Assembly: GCA_964572875.1 (NCBI GenBank)
Contig: CAZNGE010000001.1
Location: forward strand, 24,834 to 88,833
Length of the DNA: 64,000 nucleotides
Direction: 5' to 3'
DNA from: an uncultured Methanosarcinales archaeon
GTDB lineage: Archaea; Nanobdellota; Nanobdellia; Woesearchaeales; UBA11576
The notes beneath the pieces were generated by a model. It was not told the origin of the DNA. It made no database searches and saw only the letters and a program-made list of their open reading frames with translations. Both the position numbers and the translations under genes were made by a program. Within the stretch, counting starts at the first letter, position 1; the number at the start of each line of letters is the position of its first letter. Below, piece after piece: positions 30,929 to 39,829 of this stretch.

Positions 30929-31935
30929 TGATCCAGAAATCAATACACATACTCACGCAGCTCCAGCATCCGAAAGGCCTGTTCGTGGCTGCGCTTGACA
31001 AGAGCACGCACTACTCAAGGCAGGCATGGATCCGCGACAACATCTACGCGAGCCTCGGCTTCGAGGCGGTTAAGAGGCATAAGGAGGTCGTGAAGGCATA
31101 CCAGGCATTGCTTGACGTGCTGAAGAAGCACGAGTACAAGATAGACTGGGCGATCGTCGAGAAGCCGCAGCATCGCTGGCAGTACATCCACGCACGGTTC
31201 GACCCTGAGACATTCGATGAGTTCCAGGAGGACTGGGGCAACAAGCAGAACGACGCCATCGGAGCTTTGCTCTTCAAGATAGGCGACCTCGAGTCCAAAG
31301 GCATAAGGGTCATACGTGACAAGGATGACGAGCGCATAATCCAGAAGCTCGTATATTATCTTAACTCAATACAATATTGGCATGACAAGGACAGCGGCAT
31401 GTGGGAGGAGAACGAGGAAGTGCATGCTTCCTCTGTCGGAGCATGCGTAGCTGGCCTCAAGAAGATATCCAAGATAGTTGATGTTCCTCAAGTTCTCATA
31501 CAGAAAGGTGAGGAAACCTTGAACCAACTCTTGCCAAGGGAATCTGACAGCAAAGACACAGACCTTGCGCTTCTGTCGCTGATCTACCCGTACAACGTGG
31601 TTTCAGATGAGCAGAGGATGCAGATACTCCAGGATGTTGAGAGAAAGCTTGTCAGGCAGCGCGGAGTGATCCGTTACGCAGCCGACTTCTATTTTAACAG
31701 GAATGGAGAAGCAGAATGGACATTCGGATTCCCTTGGCTTGCAATCATCTACAAGCAGCTGAACAGACCTGACAAGGCAGCGTTCTACATGCGCAAGACC
31801 CTTGAGGTCGTCAACAAAGCAGGCGAGCTCCCTGAGCTCTACTACGCCAACACCGACGAGCACAACGAGAACACTCCGTTGGGATGGGGCCAGAGCCTGA
31901 TGGTTGTGGCGATGACCAAGAACCAGACAGCGTAA
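30928..31935 (+). CDS. GH15-like (glucoamylase/glucodextranase family) glycoside hydrolase catalytic domain
   Basis: QAWIRDNIYA (the W-x-R-D motif), GMWEENEEVH (the LWEE general-acid region), GWGQSL. Roughly 335 aa (alpha/alpha)6-like. Confidence 0.6.
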   Translation: MIQKSIHILTQLQHPKGLFVAALDKSTHYSRQAWIRDNIYASLGFEAVKRHKEVVKAYQALLDVLKKHEYKIDWAIVEKPQHRWQYIHARFDPETFDEFQEDWGNKQNDAIGALLFKIGDLESKGIRVIRDKDDERIIQKLVYYLNSIQYWHDKDSGMWEENEEVHASSVGACVAGLKKISKIVDVPQVLIQKGEETLNQLLPRESDSKDTDLALLSLIYPYNVVSDEQRMQILQDVERKLVRQRGVIRYAADFYFNRNGEAEWTFGFPWLAIIYKQLNRPDKAAFYMRKTLEVVNKAGELPELYYANTDEHNENTPLGWGQSLMVVAMTKNQTA

Positions 31936-31939
31936 TAAG

Positions 31940-33772
31940 ATGAACCTCGAACATATCGCAGAACAGATGAGAATCAAAGGATTGACTAGACAGGCAACCC
32001 TTCTTGAGACAAGGGCAGGGCCTGTGTATCTTCTTACATTGCTACAGAAAAGATGGGAGCAGAAAGTCGTTGATTCCATCGGAGAAGATGCTTTCTATGA
32101 GCTGACTGCAGAATTCATCAGGAACCTCGGGCTTTTGAAAATAAAGAACGCTCTGGACGATTGCGAGACATTCACGCCAAAGGAAGTCGGGATGAATCCT
32201 CTTGAGATAGAGGTCAAAGGCAATGTGGATACGAAAAGCGTAAGGAAGGCAGGAAAGATATATGATGAGCTGGAAAGGCTTGCTTCCGAAGGGTCGATAA
32301 TCATAGCCAGCGAGCTTAAAGAGAGAATCTATGACGACGAGGACATGATCTACAGGATATACAAGGACTCTGACAGTTCTTACGAGTCGAGGGATTTTTT
32401 CTACAACGCATTGTTCAACAGGACAGAAAGATGCAAACGTATGTTTGACATGGACGCTCCCACAGATATTTTGGTTGACCAGATAAGGATAGTGAATGAC
32501 CTGACCGGCCCGGGAGACGCAGGATCAAGGAGAGCATTCAAGGAGCTTGAAGCCTGCTGCAGGGAGATGAAAGACGCTGGCAATGAAGACATGCACCGCT
32601 TGAAGGGAATCTTTGAAGAATCATCCTCAACAATCATCGGGATTGCCGAGAGTGTGTTGAGGTCTGAACAGCAGGATCCTGGTTCGAATGATCATCTTTT
32701 CAGTTCATGGATAGCTGAGAGGAAAAGGACTGCCAGGGAAAGGGTAATAGATAATGAAAGGAGATTGATGGATTTTGAACCTGACCCGCTAGAACGGGAA
32801 TTCATGAGGAATTCAAGTGACGAGCTGATAGTCGAGGCATTTCTTGAGAATGAATTGCTCTCCGAGGCGGCATACGAGGAGAATTCTGACACCGACAGGC
32901 TGGTAGGGATATTGATGAAAAGCCCGATACAATGCAGGCAGTATTTCATTGACATGCGCAATTCATTCCTTAACAGGTTCAGGAACGCATCGATAGGTTT
33001 CAAGCAGATCCTTGAAGGAGGACCGGTGACGAATCCTGAAGCAACTGAAGTTTCCAGTATGCAGAACCATGCAGGTTTTGCCAACATAAAGTATTCTGAT
33101 GATACAAAACAGGAGCTTGAGAGGATTGTAGAGCAGATGGACGAGCTGTTCAGGCAGCTGCCGGACATCTCAGCCCTTCCCACACCCTCAAAGCTCAAGA
33201 GGAAGAGACACCTCAAATACATCATGGAAGAGATGCCGAAAGACCCGACAGACATCACGTTCGGTAATGACTCTGGCTGCTGTATATTCGTTGATGAGGA
33301 CAGGGAAAAGATCCATAACGGAACTTTTGTCCCTGCTTACCTGCTACATCCGGAAGTGAGGATTTTCGGCCTGTACCGTGTCGAAGGAGATAAGAGGCAG
33401 AGGATGGGTATGGTTCTGGCCTTCGAGACAGGATATGAAGACAACAGGGAAGGCAAGGTCCTGGCGTGCAACAGCCTGGAGCTTTCAAGGCTCGGCATTG
33501 CAGGAGGCAATGAGACTGTTGAGAAGCTTGTTGATTATGCTGAGGACTGGCTCGCAGCCTATGCCAAGGAGAACGGCTATGATGGCGCTTGCATGGGTAG
33601 GCACAGCTATAACACTTCTGTGAATTACAGCTCGAAGACAGGCGAGACCGTAGATGAAACCCTAACATTCAGGAATTTTCCTCTTATGTTCTACAGCGAC
33701 ATACTGCAGACCAGGGACGAGCATTCTATGGCCACAAGGGATGATTCCTGCTACTGGCTCTGGAGAAAGTGA
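31940..33772 (+). CDS. Large hypothetical protein (610 aa), orphan
   Basis: Long coherent ORF with no recognisable family. Followed after 33 nt by the archaemetzincin-like gene. Confidence 0.55.
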   Translation: MNLEHIAEQMRIKGLTRQATLLETRAGPVYLLTLLQKRWEQKVVDSIGEDAFYELTAEFIRNLGLLKIKNALDDCETFTPKEVGMNPLEIEVKGNVDTKSVRKAGKIYDELERLASEGSIIIASELKERIYDDEDMIYRIYKDSDSSYESRDFFYNALFNRTERCKRMFDMDAPTDILVDQIRIVNDLTGPGDAGSRRAFKELEACCREMKDAGNEDMHRLKGIFEESSSTIIGIAESVLRSEQQDPGSNDHLFSSWIAERKRTARERVIDNERRLMDFEPDPLEREFMRNSSDELIVEAFLENELLSEAAYEENSDTDRLVGILMKSPIQCRQYFIDMRNSFLNRFRNASIGFKQILEGGPVTNPEATEVSSMQNHAGFANIKYSDDTKQELERIVEQMDELFRQLPDISALPTPSKLKRKRHLKYIMEEMPKDPTDITFGNDSGCCIFVDEDREKIHNGTFVPAYLLHPEVRIFGLYRVEGDKRQRMGMVLAFETGYEDNREGKVLACNSLELSRLGIAGGNETVEKLVDYAEDWLAAYAKENGYDGACMGRHSYNTSVNYSSKTGETVDETLTFRNFPLMFYSDILQTRDEHSMATRDDSCYWLWRK

Positions 33773-33804
33773 AACCAGAAGACACACGAACTAAAGGTGA
33801 AAAG

Positions 33805-34506
33805 ATGCAAAGACTAAGAATCAAGCCGGTATTCATAATGAACCAGGAAGGGCTCTCTGAGCTGGAAAAGAAAGCAATCCTGGACGGAGCCAGGGAATTG
33901 CGGAGCATAGCAGGTGTTGAAGGCCTCATTGAGATCAAGGATTTGGGTGTGTGGAGAAACCGCGACCATGTCAATCCAGATGGTTCATTGAAGAGGTATC
34001 AGAGCGTGGAGTGGTACATACAAAGAGGAAAAGGAAAGAATAACAAGACAGGACAACTGAAGACAGAGTTGATACTGAATGATCTGGAACTTGAGCCTTG
34101 GAGAGATACACAGGACCATTATGACCTGCTTATCTGCCATAGAGATGTCACTTCCTTGTACTTTGATGTGGCGTTTCTAGTAGGCCAAGGGAGACCGGAT
34201 ATTGGAGCAGTGATATCCACCAACAGATTTAGAAACAGTCAACTAAGCGACAGGGAGTTGTATGAGTGCTTGAAAACTGCCGCAATACACGAACTCGGTC
34301 ACGTGTTCAGGCTGCCTGGCCAAGGAAAAAACACCTATAGGAGTGCCGGGAATGATATAGAGAACGACCATTGCACAAACGTATGCGTTATGCGACAAGG
34401 GGATCATGTCCCAAGTGATTGGGTTAGGATAAGCAGAGACAGATTGAAGAATGGCGCATTATGTAGGGAGTGCTCAAGGAATCTAAAAAAATATTTCCGG
34501 AAATGA
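33805..34506 (+). CDS. Archaemetzincin-like zinc metallopeptidase (M54-like), divergent
   Basis: HELGHVF HExxH motif, then HCTNVCVM (C-x3-C-x-M) and CRECS, resembling the archaemetzincin HExxH...C..C.M...CxxC arrangement. ATG 33805 with AAGGTGA RBS. Track start 33769 is GTG. Confidence 0.55.
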   Translation: MQRLRIKPVFIMNQEGLSELEKKAILDGARELRSIAGVEGLIEIKDLGVWRNRDHVNPDGSLKRYQSVEWYIQRGKGKNNKTGQLKTELILNDLELEPWRDTQDHYDLLICHRDVTSLYFDVAFLVGQGRPDIGAVISTNRFRNSQLSDRELYECLKTAAIHELGHVFRLPGQGKNTYRSAGNDIENDHCTNVCVMRQGDHVPSDWVRISRDRLKNGALCRECSRNLKKYFRK

Positions 34507-34600
34507 CCTGAATATTTCTAAAATAAAACCAATATTTCGGAAATGTATGCGAACTGAGCGGAAAGTTTCTGGAAAATCAGCAAGTTTTGCGGTTTCTCGT
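34487..34600. promoter_or_regulatory. Array of TTTCCGGAAA/CGGAAA and AATATTTC repeats upstream of 34655 gene
   Basis: Perfect palindrome tttccggaaa at 34494, tttcggaaa at about 34536, cggaaag about 34558, ggaaaa about 34570, gcggtttc about 34590. AATATTTC three times. Confidence 0.3.
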
Positions 34601-34654
34601 CAATAAGACTTATTAAAATATAAAACATATCCTTTTACACGTAGGAGGTGTGAG

Positions 34655-35143
34655 ATGGTAAAAATATTGGTCTCAGTTCCCTATGCCCGAAGCTATGAAG
34701 GCGAACCGCAGATTGTCAGGGAATTAAAAGAAAATGATGAGAGGAGCCTTGGATTGTATTTACATGACTTGTTTGCAGAAGTCCCGAGAAACCAGATGGA
34801 ACTTGAAGCATTGGTCACTATGTATTGCTGGGCAGAATGTCCTACCACTCGTTGTTCATTCAGCCTTGAATACAGGACGCTGAGAGACCCGACAGAATAT
34901 GAAGGTGAAAAAGAACTATTGGCCAGCATTAAGATAAAAGAGATTATTGAAGCAGGCACTGACTTTGATATTGAAGCAGGCGTGTCACACTTTGAGATAG
35001 GGTTCGCAGGTGAAGAGGAGCTAGTGAGACCATTGGTTGAGTATTTTGAGTTCCAGCACTCACTACATTATATAAAAGTAAAGAAGTACAAAAAGTGGCA
35101 GAGGCGCAGATTAAGCCATTTAAAAACCTTCCTAAACATTTAA
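34655..35143 (+). CDS. Hypothetical protein (162 aa)
   Basis: GGAGGTG RBS 5 nt upstream. No family recognised. Confidence 0.45.
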   Translation: MVKILVSVPYARSYEGEPQIVRELKENDERSLGLYLHDLFAEVPRNQMELEALVTMYCWAECPTTRCSFSLEYRTLRDPTEYEGEKELLASIKIKEIIEAGTDFDIEAGVSHFEIGFAGEEELVRPLVEYFEFQHSLHYIKVKKYKKWQRRRLSHLKTFLNI

Positions 35144-35191
35144 TAATCTTGTTCAGCTAATTATTTTAGTGTTTTTAGGGGGGGTATTACC

Positions 35192-35629
35192 ATGTCTGAC
35201 TGCTTTGAGCTGAATAACCTTTTCGAGGGGATTGAAGGCGCTGTAAAAGGCGCCGCCCTGCTTTCTGAGGCCAAGAAGACAGTGCCTGGCTTTGCTGAAT
35301 ACTTTGACGGCAAGAGCAGGAGCAATGAGCACCTTGGCGCGAGGTTCGAGTCTGGCATACTCGATATCCAGCTGTACCGGCCAGGCAGGGGAGTGTTCTG
35401 CCTGATCAGCTATTCTACATCCATGGATGACCAGCAGACCTTGCGAGCTACCTTCTTCGGGAATGGCACCGAGTTCGCGAGCAAGAACAACTATGACGGC
35501 AAGGACGTGATCAGGGGCTATCAGGGCATAATGCTCGCTGAGACATACCAAGACGGCCAGGACAGCATGGCAGAGATGATAATCAAGATAAGGGGAGAAA
35601 AGGTCCACTTCGACATACCTATTAAATAG
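35192..35629 (+). CDS. Hypothetical protein (145 aa)
   Basis: AGGGGGGGT RBS. No family recognised. Confidence 0.45.
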   Translation: MSDCFELNNLFEGIEGAVKGAALLSEAKKTVPGFAEYFDGKSRSNEHLGARFESGILDIQLYRPGRGVFCLISYSTSMDDQQTLRATFFGNGTEFASKNNYDGKDVIRGYQGIMLAETYQDGQDSMAEMIIKIRGEKVHFDIPIK

Positions 35630-35662
35630 AATAAAGAAAAAACAAGAATATCAAAAAGATTT

Positions 35663-37567
35663 CTACCTTATCCTCACGGCCTCGAGGTTCCTTGGCGCTA
35701 CAGTCTCTATCCTGAACTGACGGTGTATACTGGACGCGAGGTCCAGGCATCGCGAGTTCTCCCCGTGGTTGATGATGACCTTCTTCGGCCTCGGCTGGCA
35801 GCGTGACACGAAGTTCATGAGCTCCCTGCGGTCAGAGTGTCCTGTGATCTCTATCTTGTGCACTTCCATCTTTATCTCGAGCACGTCAGGCTTTCCGGAA
35901 GAGTCGACCCTCATCACTATCTCCTTCTCGCCTTCGCGTATCCTCTTTCCGAGGCTGCCTTCCGGCTGGTAGCATGAGAACACGAGTGAGTTGTTCTTGT
36001 TGTCTGCGAGCGCCTTGAGATACTCAACAGATGGTCCGCCCACGAGCATTCCTGATGTCGCGACGATGAGGCAGCTTCCTGCCTCCTCGATGACCTGTTT
36101 CCTCTCCTTCTGGCTTCCCACCCTCTTGAAGATGGGTGACAGGAATGGGTTATTGTCTTTGTGGAATATCTGCTTGCGCACGGCAGAGTTCAGGAACTCT
36201 GGATATGCCGTGTGGATGGCTGTTATGTCCCACACCATGCCGTCGATATAGACAGGCATGGACTCTATCTCGCCTTTCCTGACCATCTCCTCGATGAGAA
36301 GCATGACCTCCTGAGCCCTTCCGGATCCCAGAGTGGGCAGGAGTATCTTGCCCTTGCGCGCCACAGTGTCCTTGACTATCTTCTTGAGCAGGTCATCCTG
36401 ATCTTTCACAGGAGGGAGCACGTTGTCCCTTCCGCCGTATGTGGACTCTATCATCAGTGTCTCGAGCCGGGGGAAGCGGGTCTCGGCCTGCTCAAGCAAC
36501 CTGGTCCTTGCGAACTTCATGTCCGCGGAATACAGCAGGTTGTGCAGGCCGTTGCCTATGTGCATGTGCACCATGGAGCTTCCGAGCATGTGGCCTGCGT
36601 TGTATAGCGTTATCCTCACGTCAGGAGTCACGTCAGTCACTTCATCATAACCCAGGCAGATCGTGTGCTTCACCATCTCCCTCACCTCTTCAGACGTGAA
36701 GATGGGGTCCTTGCCTTCTGACCTCATTATCTTGACCATGTCCAGCTGCAGCAGCGACATGATGTCCCTTGTGGGCAGGGTACAGTACACAGGCCCCCTG
36801 TATCCCATCTTGAACAGCCACGGCACAAGCCCTGAATGGTCCAGGTGCGCGTGGGTGACTATGACCGCGTCGAGCTCGTCAATCTTGAACTCAGGTGCCT
36901 CCAGGAACGGGTATGCCTCGTTGTCTGAGGCCACGTTTATGCCGCAGTCGAGCAGCACCCTCGATTCCGGCGTCTGGAGGAAAACGGCTGACCTTCCGAC
37001 CTGCCTCGCGCCTCCAAGATATGTTACGCGGACCCATTCCTCTTTCTTGCCCCTTATCCAGCCGTCGTATATCCTGTGCCCTGTCTTGTCGAGGAATTTC
37101 TTCCTGTAATCTGAATTGTCGTACAATACTGCCCTTATGCTCTCGATGAGCTTCGACCTTATCGCAGGGGTCCTCTTTATCAGCGGGACCCAGAGGACCT
37201 TCTCCCTTATCGACCTAAGTAGCTCGCCCTGCTTGCCGATGACAAGCCCTGGCTTCTCGGCGTGTATTATCACCATTGATCTCTGGGTGTCGAATATCAC
37301 ATCGCTGAGGCCTGCTTCCTCAGGGACGAGGTCCTTGATCACGCTCTCTGCCTTCTCCATCTCCATGCAGATGGCAGGGTCGGGCCTGAGCTCTATCCTC
37401 TTCTTGATCATGTCCACTATGCCCTTGATTATGCCTTTGTTGTCCAGGAAGAAGTCCTTGTCTTTGGTGTAGAGCACTATGTTGGCCCCTTCGAACGCCA
37501 TGTCGCTTATCTTGTTCGGCGGCAGGTGTTTCTGTATCTCATTCAGTATGTTTCCCAAAAGTATCAC
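35663..37567 (-). CDS. Archaeal CPSF1 homolog (beta-CASP RNase with N-terminal KH domains; FttA/aCPSF1)
   Basis: 634 aa. Metallo-beta-lactamase HAHLDHSG motif and beta-CASP region. N-terminal KH-like domains. Confidence 0.88.
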   Translation of the reverse strand: MILLGNILNEIQKHLPPNKISDMAFEGANIVLYTKDKDFFLDNKGIIKGIVDMIKKRIELRPDPAICMEMEKAESVIKDLVPEEAGLSDVIFDTQRSMVIIHAEKPGLVIGKQGELLRSIREKVLWVPLIKRTPAIRSKLIESIRAVLYDNSDYRKKFLDKTGHRIYDGWIRGKKEEWVRVTYLGGARQVGRSAVFLQTPESRVLLDCGINVASDNEAYPFLEAPEFKIDELDAVIVTHAHLDHSGLVPWLFKMGYRGPVYCTLPTRDIMSLLQLDMVKIMRSEGKDPIFTSEEVREMVKHTICLGYDEVTDVTPDVRITLYNAGHMLGSSMVHMHIGNGLHNLLYSADMKFARTRLLEQAETRFPRLETLMIESTYGGRDNVLPPVKDQDDLLKKIVKDTVARKGKILLPTLGSGRAQEVMLLIEEMVRKGEIESMPVYIDGMVWDITAIHTAYPEFLNSAVRKQIFHKDNNPFLSPIFKRVGSQKERKQVIEEAGSCLIVATSGMLVGGPSVEYLKALADNKNNSLVFSCYQPEGSLGKRIREGEKEIVMRVDSSGKPDVLEIKMEVHKIEITGHSDRRELMNFVSRCQPRPKKVIINHGENSRCLDLASSIHRQFRIETVAPRNLEAVRIR

Positions 37568-37682
37568 CTTATCATATCAGAATATTTGTCCAATGATTGT
37601 TCTCTTATTCCTATTTATTGTCTTATTTCTTGTTTTCTAGATCTTGGAAAAGATTAAATGAAAATTAAAAAATAGAGAAGGA

Positions 37683-38336
37683 TTATTCCTTCACTCCCGT
37701 GTCTATCTTCTTTGTCAGAACTTTTTCCACGCCTGAGGATGTTACCACGACAATGTCAATGCCGTTTCCTGATGCAGAATCCCTCTGCAGCGCAGCATTT
37801 AGCGACTTGATTGCGAGGCTCTTGCCTTCCTCGACTGACAGCCCTTCCTCGTACAGGGTCTCCAGCACTCCGTACGCGAACACGCTGCCTGATCCTGAAG
37901 CCAGATAGTCATCTGCCTCGGATATGGACCCGTCAGGGTATATGTCATATATTTGCAGTCCTGTGCGGTCTGCTCCTGCGAACAGGAAATGGGATATCCC
38001 CGGTATCATGCTCATCTTGCGTATGTTTGAGTATACCATGCCTGCGAGCAGGTTGGCGGATTCCTTCACAGACACATTCTTGTTTGTCCTCAGCTTCTTT
38101 AGCCTGATCTCTGCCTTTATCAGCTTGAGCAGGAGCTGGACATCAGAGACCGTGCCTGCTGTGGTCAATGCCATGTAGTCCTCTATCGGAAAGATCTTGT
38201 CGACCCATTTGTTCGCGATGAGGTTACCTGCTGTTGCCCGCTTGTCGGCTGCAAGCACGATTCCGTCCTTGCACCTTAGGGCTATTGTTGTTGTGCCGGT
38301 TTTCATCCTATCAATATCATCTGCCATGGATAACAC
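37683..38336 (-). CDS. psmB: Proteasome beta subunit
   Basis: Propeptide followed by GTTTIALRCKDGIVLAADKRAT with the active-site Thr. 217 aa. Confidence 0.9.
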   Translation of the reverse strand: MLSMADDIDRMKTGTTTIALRCKDGIVLAADKRATAGNLIANKWVDKIFPIEDYMALTTAGTVSDVQLLLKLIKAEIRLKKLRTNKNVSVKESANLLAGMVYSNIRKMSMIPGISHFLFAGADRTGLQIYDIYPDGSISEADDYLASGSGSVFAYGVLETLYEEGLSVEEGKSLAIKSLNAALQRDSASGNGIDIVVVTSSGVEKVLTKKIDTGVKE

Positions 38337-38444
38337 CTATAAGCCTTCAGAACTCATTTTTATCGATTCTCGAAGAACTATGCATCCATTTAAAAAACGC
38401 TTATATTTAAAGCTTTCGTATTCTAAGGGCTCCAGTAACTAAGA

Positions 38445-38483
38445 TAAAGCTTAAAACAAAGAAAAAAAGGCTTATACGCCTTA
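38445..38483 (-). terminator. Hairpin plus T-tract terminator of the surface-protein gene (minus strand)
   Basis: On minus strand: TAA-GGCGTATAAGCC hairpin overlapping the stop, followed by TTTTTTTCTTTGTTTT. Confidence 0.45.
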
Positions 38484-39578
38484 TCTCCTGCGTTTGAGCA
38501 CGGCGACTATCACGATTATGCCTGCCACTATGAGCACCAGGTTCGTGATGAGCACTATTGCGACCCACTTGTTCTTGTCCCACCAGCTCTGCTGCGTGTA
38601 TGTCGTCCTTGGTGTCGCTACAGCTATTGTCGCAGGCCTTACATAGGACGAGCTCGGTGCCGGCTCTGTCACGACACTCACGGGCTCAGGCTCTGGCTCA
38701 GGCTGAGGCTGCTGCTGGACAGGCTGAGGCTGCGGTTCTGGCGCAGGTTCCGGTTCTGGTTCAGGTGCTGCGCAGCTGTCCACCTCAAGATAGAGCACGT
38801 CCTCAAGGGTCTCCCTGCCATCCCTATAGAGTACCCTTATGTTGACCGGATACTCACCTTCCTTTACGTCTTCAAGGTCTATCGTGTCTGAGAAATCATA
38901 CTCATTGTCATCGTCATCTATGTCTTCAACGAGCGTGAAATCAAGGCGCTTGTTATAGTTAAGCCCGGGCGCGTCTATTACCATCTCCACGTCCTCGTCT
39001 TCCTTTCCTGTATCGATCAGGTTGATTATCAGGGTAGAAGAGCTTCCGCATTCTGCTTTTTCAGGGGAAAGCTCCTTTCTGAGGAACCTGATTTCATGGC
39101 TCTTCTTTTTGACATCCACATCCAGGTCAAGATCCACTATATGCCTGGTATTGTTCTTGTCCTTTCCTTCGACATGGATGGTGAGCTTATAGGTATCATC
39201 AGTATAAAGCTTGAGCGGTATCGGGAACTCTATCCTCACTGTCTTGTCCCTTTCACCCCGAAGGTCGAAATCATCCGAAGACTCCTCCAGGTCATCACCG
39301 TCGTCTATCTCTTCGAGTACAGCATCAACATCTATGTTCTCTATCTCCCCTCCTTCGACATCAGAGCCATATAGGTTTGCGACCTTTATCTTCAGCACGA
39401 GGAGCGAGTCAGGGATCACATCTATGGTGCCTCCGTTCTCGTCAGCCGACTGCCTGTCGCCATCGACCTCTGCTGTCAGGTCGCTTATCTCCAGCATGCT
39501 CGCTGCCGAGACTGCTGCTGAAAGAAGCACTAAGAATAACATCAATGCCATGCATTTTGCGAATTTCCTCATTTTCAA
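38481..39578 (-). CDS. Secreted/cell-surface acidic protein with signal peptide, PEPEPEP/PQPQ linker and C-terminal TM anchor
   Basis: N-terminal hydrophobic signal (MALMLFLVLLSAAVSAAS). Low-complexity PEPEPEPAPEPQPQPVQQQPQPEPEPEP. C-terminal WVAIVLITNLVLIVAGIIVIVAVLKRRR. Confidence 0.6.
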   Translation of the reverse strand: MKMRKFAKCMALMLFLVLLSAAVSAASMLEISDLTAEVDGDRQSADENGGTIDVIPDSLLVLKIKVANLYGSDVEGGEIENIDVDAVLEEIDDGDDLEESSDDFDLRGERDKTVRIEFPIPLKLYTDDTYKLTIHVEGKDKNNTRHIVDLDLDVDVKKKSHEIRFLRKELSPEKAECGSSSTLIINLIDTGKEDEDVEMVIDAPGLNYNKRLDFTLVEDIDDDDNEYDFSDTIDLEDVKEGEYPVNIRVLYRDGRETLEDVLYLEVDSCAAPEPEPEPAPEPQPQPVQQQPQPEPEPEPVSVVTEPAPSSSYVRPATIAVATPRTTYTQQSWWDKNKWVAIVLITNLVLIVAGIIVIVAVLKRRR

Positions 39579-39829
39579 TTACACCCCATCTGTATCGGTA
39601 TTAGATGATTATGAAATACATACGAATGATTCATCCGTATGATATACATCCATATATCCCTATGAGAAGACAGCCGTCTGACTCCCCCCTACAGGAATCA
39701 CCGCTTTTTTATCACTAGGCGATAAACATGACCCTAAAAATATAAATAACTTGTGTCGTCATGCATGTGGTACGAAAAGGACCGTATTTAAGTTTTACAG
39801 ATTATATAGGAGAAAAAGGGAACTGTATC

